Below are positions 62,940-64,000 of a stretch of 64,000 nucleotides of DNA, piece after piece. Every line of letters starts with the position of its first letter. Within the stretch, counting starts at the first letter, position 1. The notes under the pieces were generated by a model. That model made no database searches. It was not told the DNA's origin and saw nothing but the letters and a program-made list of their open reading frames with translations. Source of the DNA: Octopus sinensis (Eukaryota); contig NC_043016.1 of assembly GCF_006345805.1 (NCBI RefSeq), positions 1,426,001 through 1,490,000 of the forward strand, given 5' to 3'. Both the position numbers and the translations under genes were made by a program.

Positions 62940-63110
62940 TGCAGCCGTGGTTGTGTGGTAAGAATCATACTCCCCAGCCGTATTGTTCCGGGTTCAGTTC
63001 CAATGCGAGACACCGTGGGCAAATATTTTCACCTAAAACCCAGGACCAACTTAAGCCTCATTAGTGGATTTGGTACACGGAAATTGAAAGAAGCTCATCT
63101 TATATATATA
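62940..63110 (+). mobile_element. tRNA-derived SINE head
   Basis: GTGGTTGTGTGGTAAGAA, GTTCCGGGTTCAGTTCC and GTGGATTTGGTA. Confidence 0.75.
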
Positions 63111-63136
63111 TATATATATATAATATATATATATAT

Positions 63137-63188
<52 letters not shown>

Positions 63189-63213
63189 TGTGCATGTGTG
63201 TATGTGTGTGTAT

Positions 63214-63440
63214 GTAGTGATGGCTTGTTGCCAACTTAATATGGCAGTACCAGGAAAGGGAAGGATGCTACTGCTATTTAGCTCCAAGAAACACCGTTTC
63301 CCCTTGGCTACACAAAACAAGCATTCTGTGTCCTTAAATTTTCAAACAGGGGAGATAAGCACATCCACCTAATAAAGCCAGCACCCGGAGACTAGTTTCA
63401 GAGTAAATGATCTTCTTCAGTCTGGAGTAGCTTGTTTTTG
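63214..63440 (-). mobile_element. Diverged relative of the 60937-61450 HHR element
   Basis: Shares CTCCCCT, TAAGGACACAGAA, TGTTTC.T.G.GCTAAAT and ACTG.CA.ATT.AGTTG.CA in the same order after the HHR. Confidence 0.78.
63385..63425 (-). ncRNA. Minimal type I hammerhead ribozyme, GUC site
   Basis: CCAGA-CTGAAGA-AGA/TCT-GAAAC-TA-GTC-TCCGG; palindromic stem III ACTAGT. Confidence 0.75.
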
Positions 63441-64000
63441 CTAGCTTTTTTTTCTTTATTATAAGCATATAGCTCTTACAGAGAAGGGACGAACAACGAC
63501 AGACAACACAATACAGTGGGGTACATAATACGAAAATCGAATGAATATGAATATAGTGATATAATGAAAAAAATGAAATGTCTTATTTGTGCCCCACACG
63601 CAAACAGTTTCCTTTAACTGCTTATGCAATTCATGTCCGTGTACAGTATATGTTTCTTTTTTTAAAAAAATCACATTACAATTTAGCAATTTTACTTACT
63701 TTTATATTCATCGACAACGTATTGCACAATGTCCTCGAATGTCACCACTGGTGGCAGCTCGTTACATCGAAATCACAGATTCGTCAATTTAATCCGCTCA
63801 CCGAACAATTCTTCCAATTTATCCGCTCTGTTACTTTCCAGCAAAACCGCTGTCATCCTATGTATATTCTCTTCCCGTTATCTTAACTCTTATGACATTT
63901 TTCATCTTCGTAATCCTCTTCTCTATCTCTATACTTTTCTTGTATTTCACCATCTTCCTCATATTTCTTCTTTGCGGTACCTCTTCCCACTTTCCATCTC

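Overview
AT-rich, microsatellite-laden eukaryotic DNA made almost entirely of retroelement debris. The SINE families look like octopus/cephalopod repeats (recalled, not searched). I can support no intact host gene. Main components: (1) about 7.9-37.7 kb, a nested cluster of at least 12 R4/Dong-type (RT + restriction-like endonuclease) non-LTR insertions in (TAA)n tracts, whose orientation flips where the microsatellite polarity flips (~32.7 kb); (2) a ~3.3-kb array of ~71-bp SINE-derived monomers; (3) four CR1-group LINE copies; (4) two Naiad-type Penelope-like elements (PLEs), one with ~1.75-kb inverted arms; (5) two gag-like ORF1 remnants without ORF2; (6) twelve type I hammerhead ribozyme (HHR) motifs between 29 and 63.5 kb. 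The best candidate for an undescribed system is a non-coding, highly structured 343-nt HHR-delimited unit at 60.9-61.45 kb. It starts at a predicted self-cleavage site and is partially tandem-repeated. A diverged relative at 63.2-63.44 kb shows compensatory base-pair changes. This fits a retrozyme/circRNA-like or mini-PLE family. All alignments and folds were done by eye, and boundaries are approximate.
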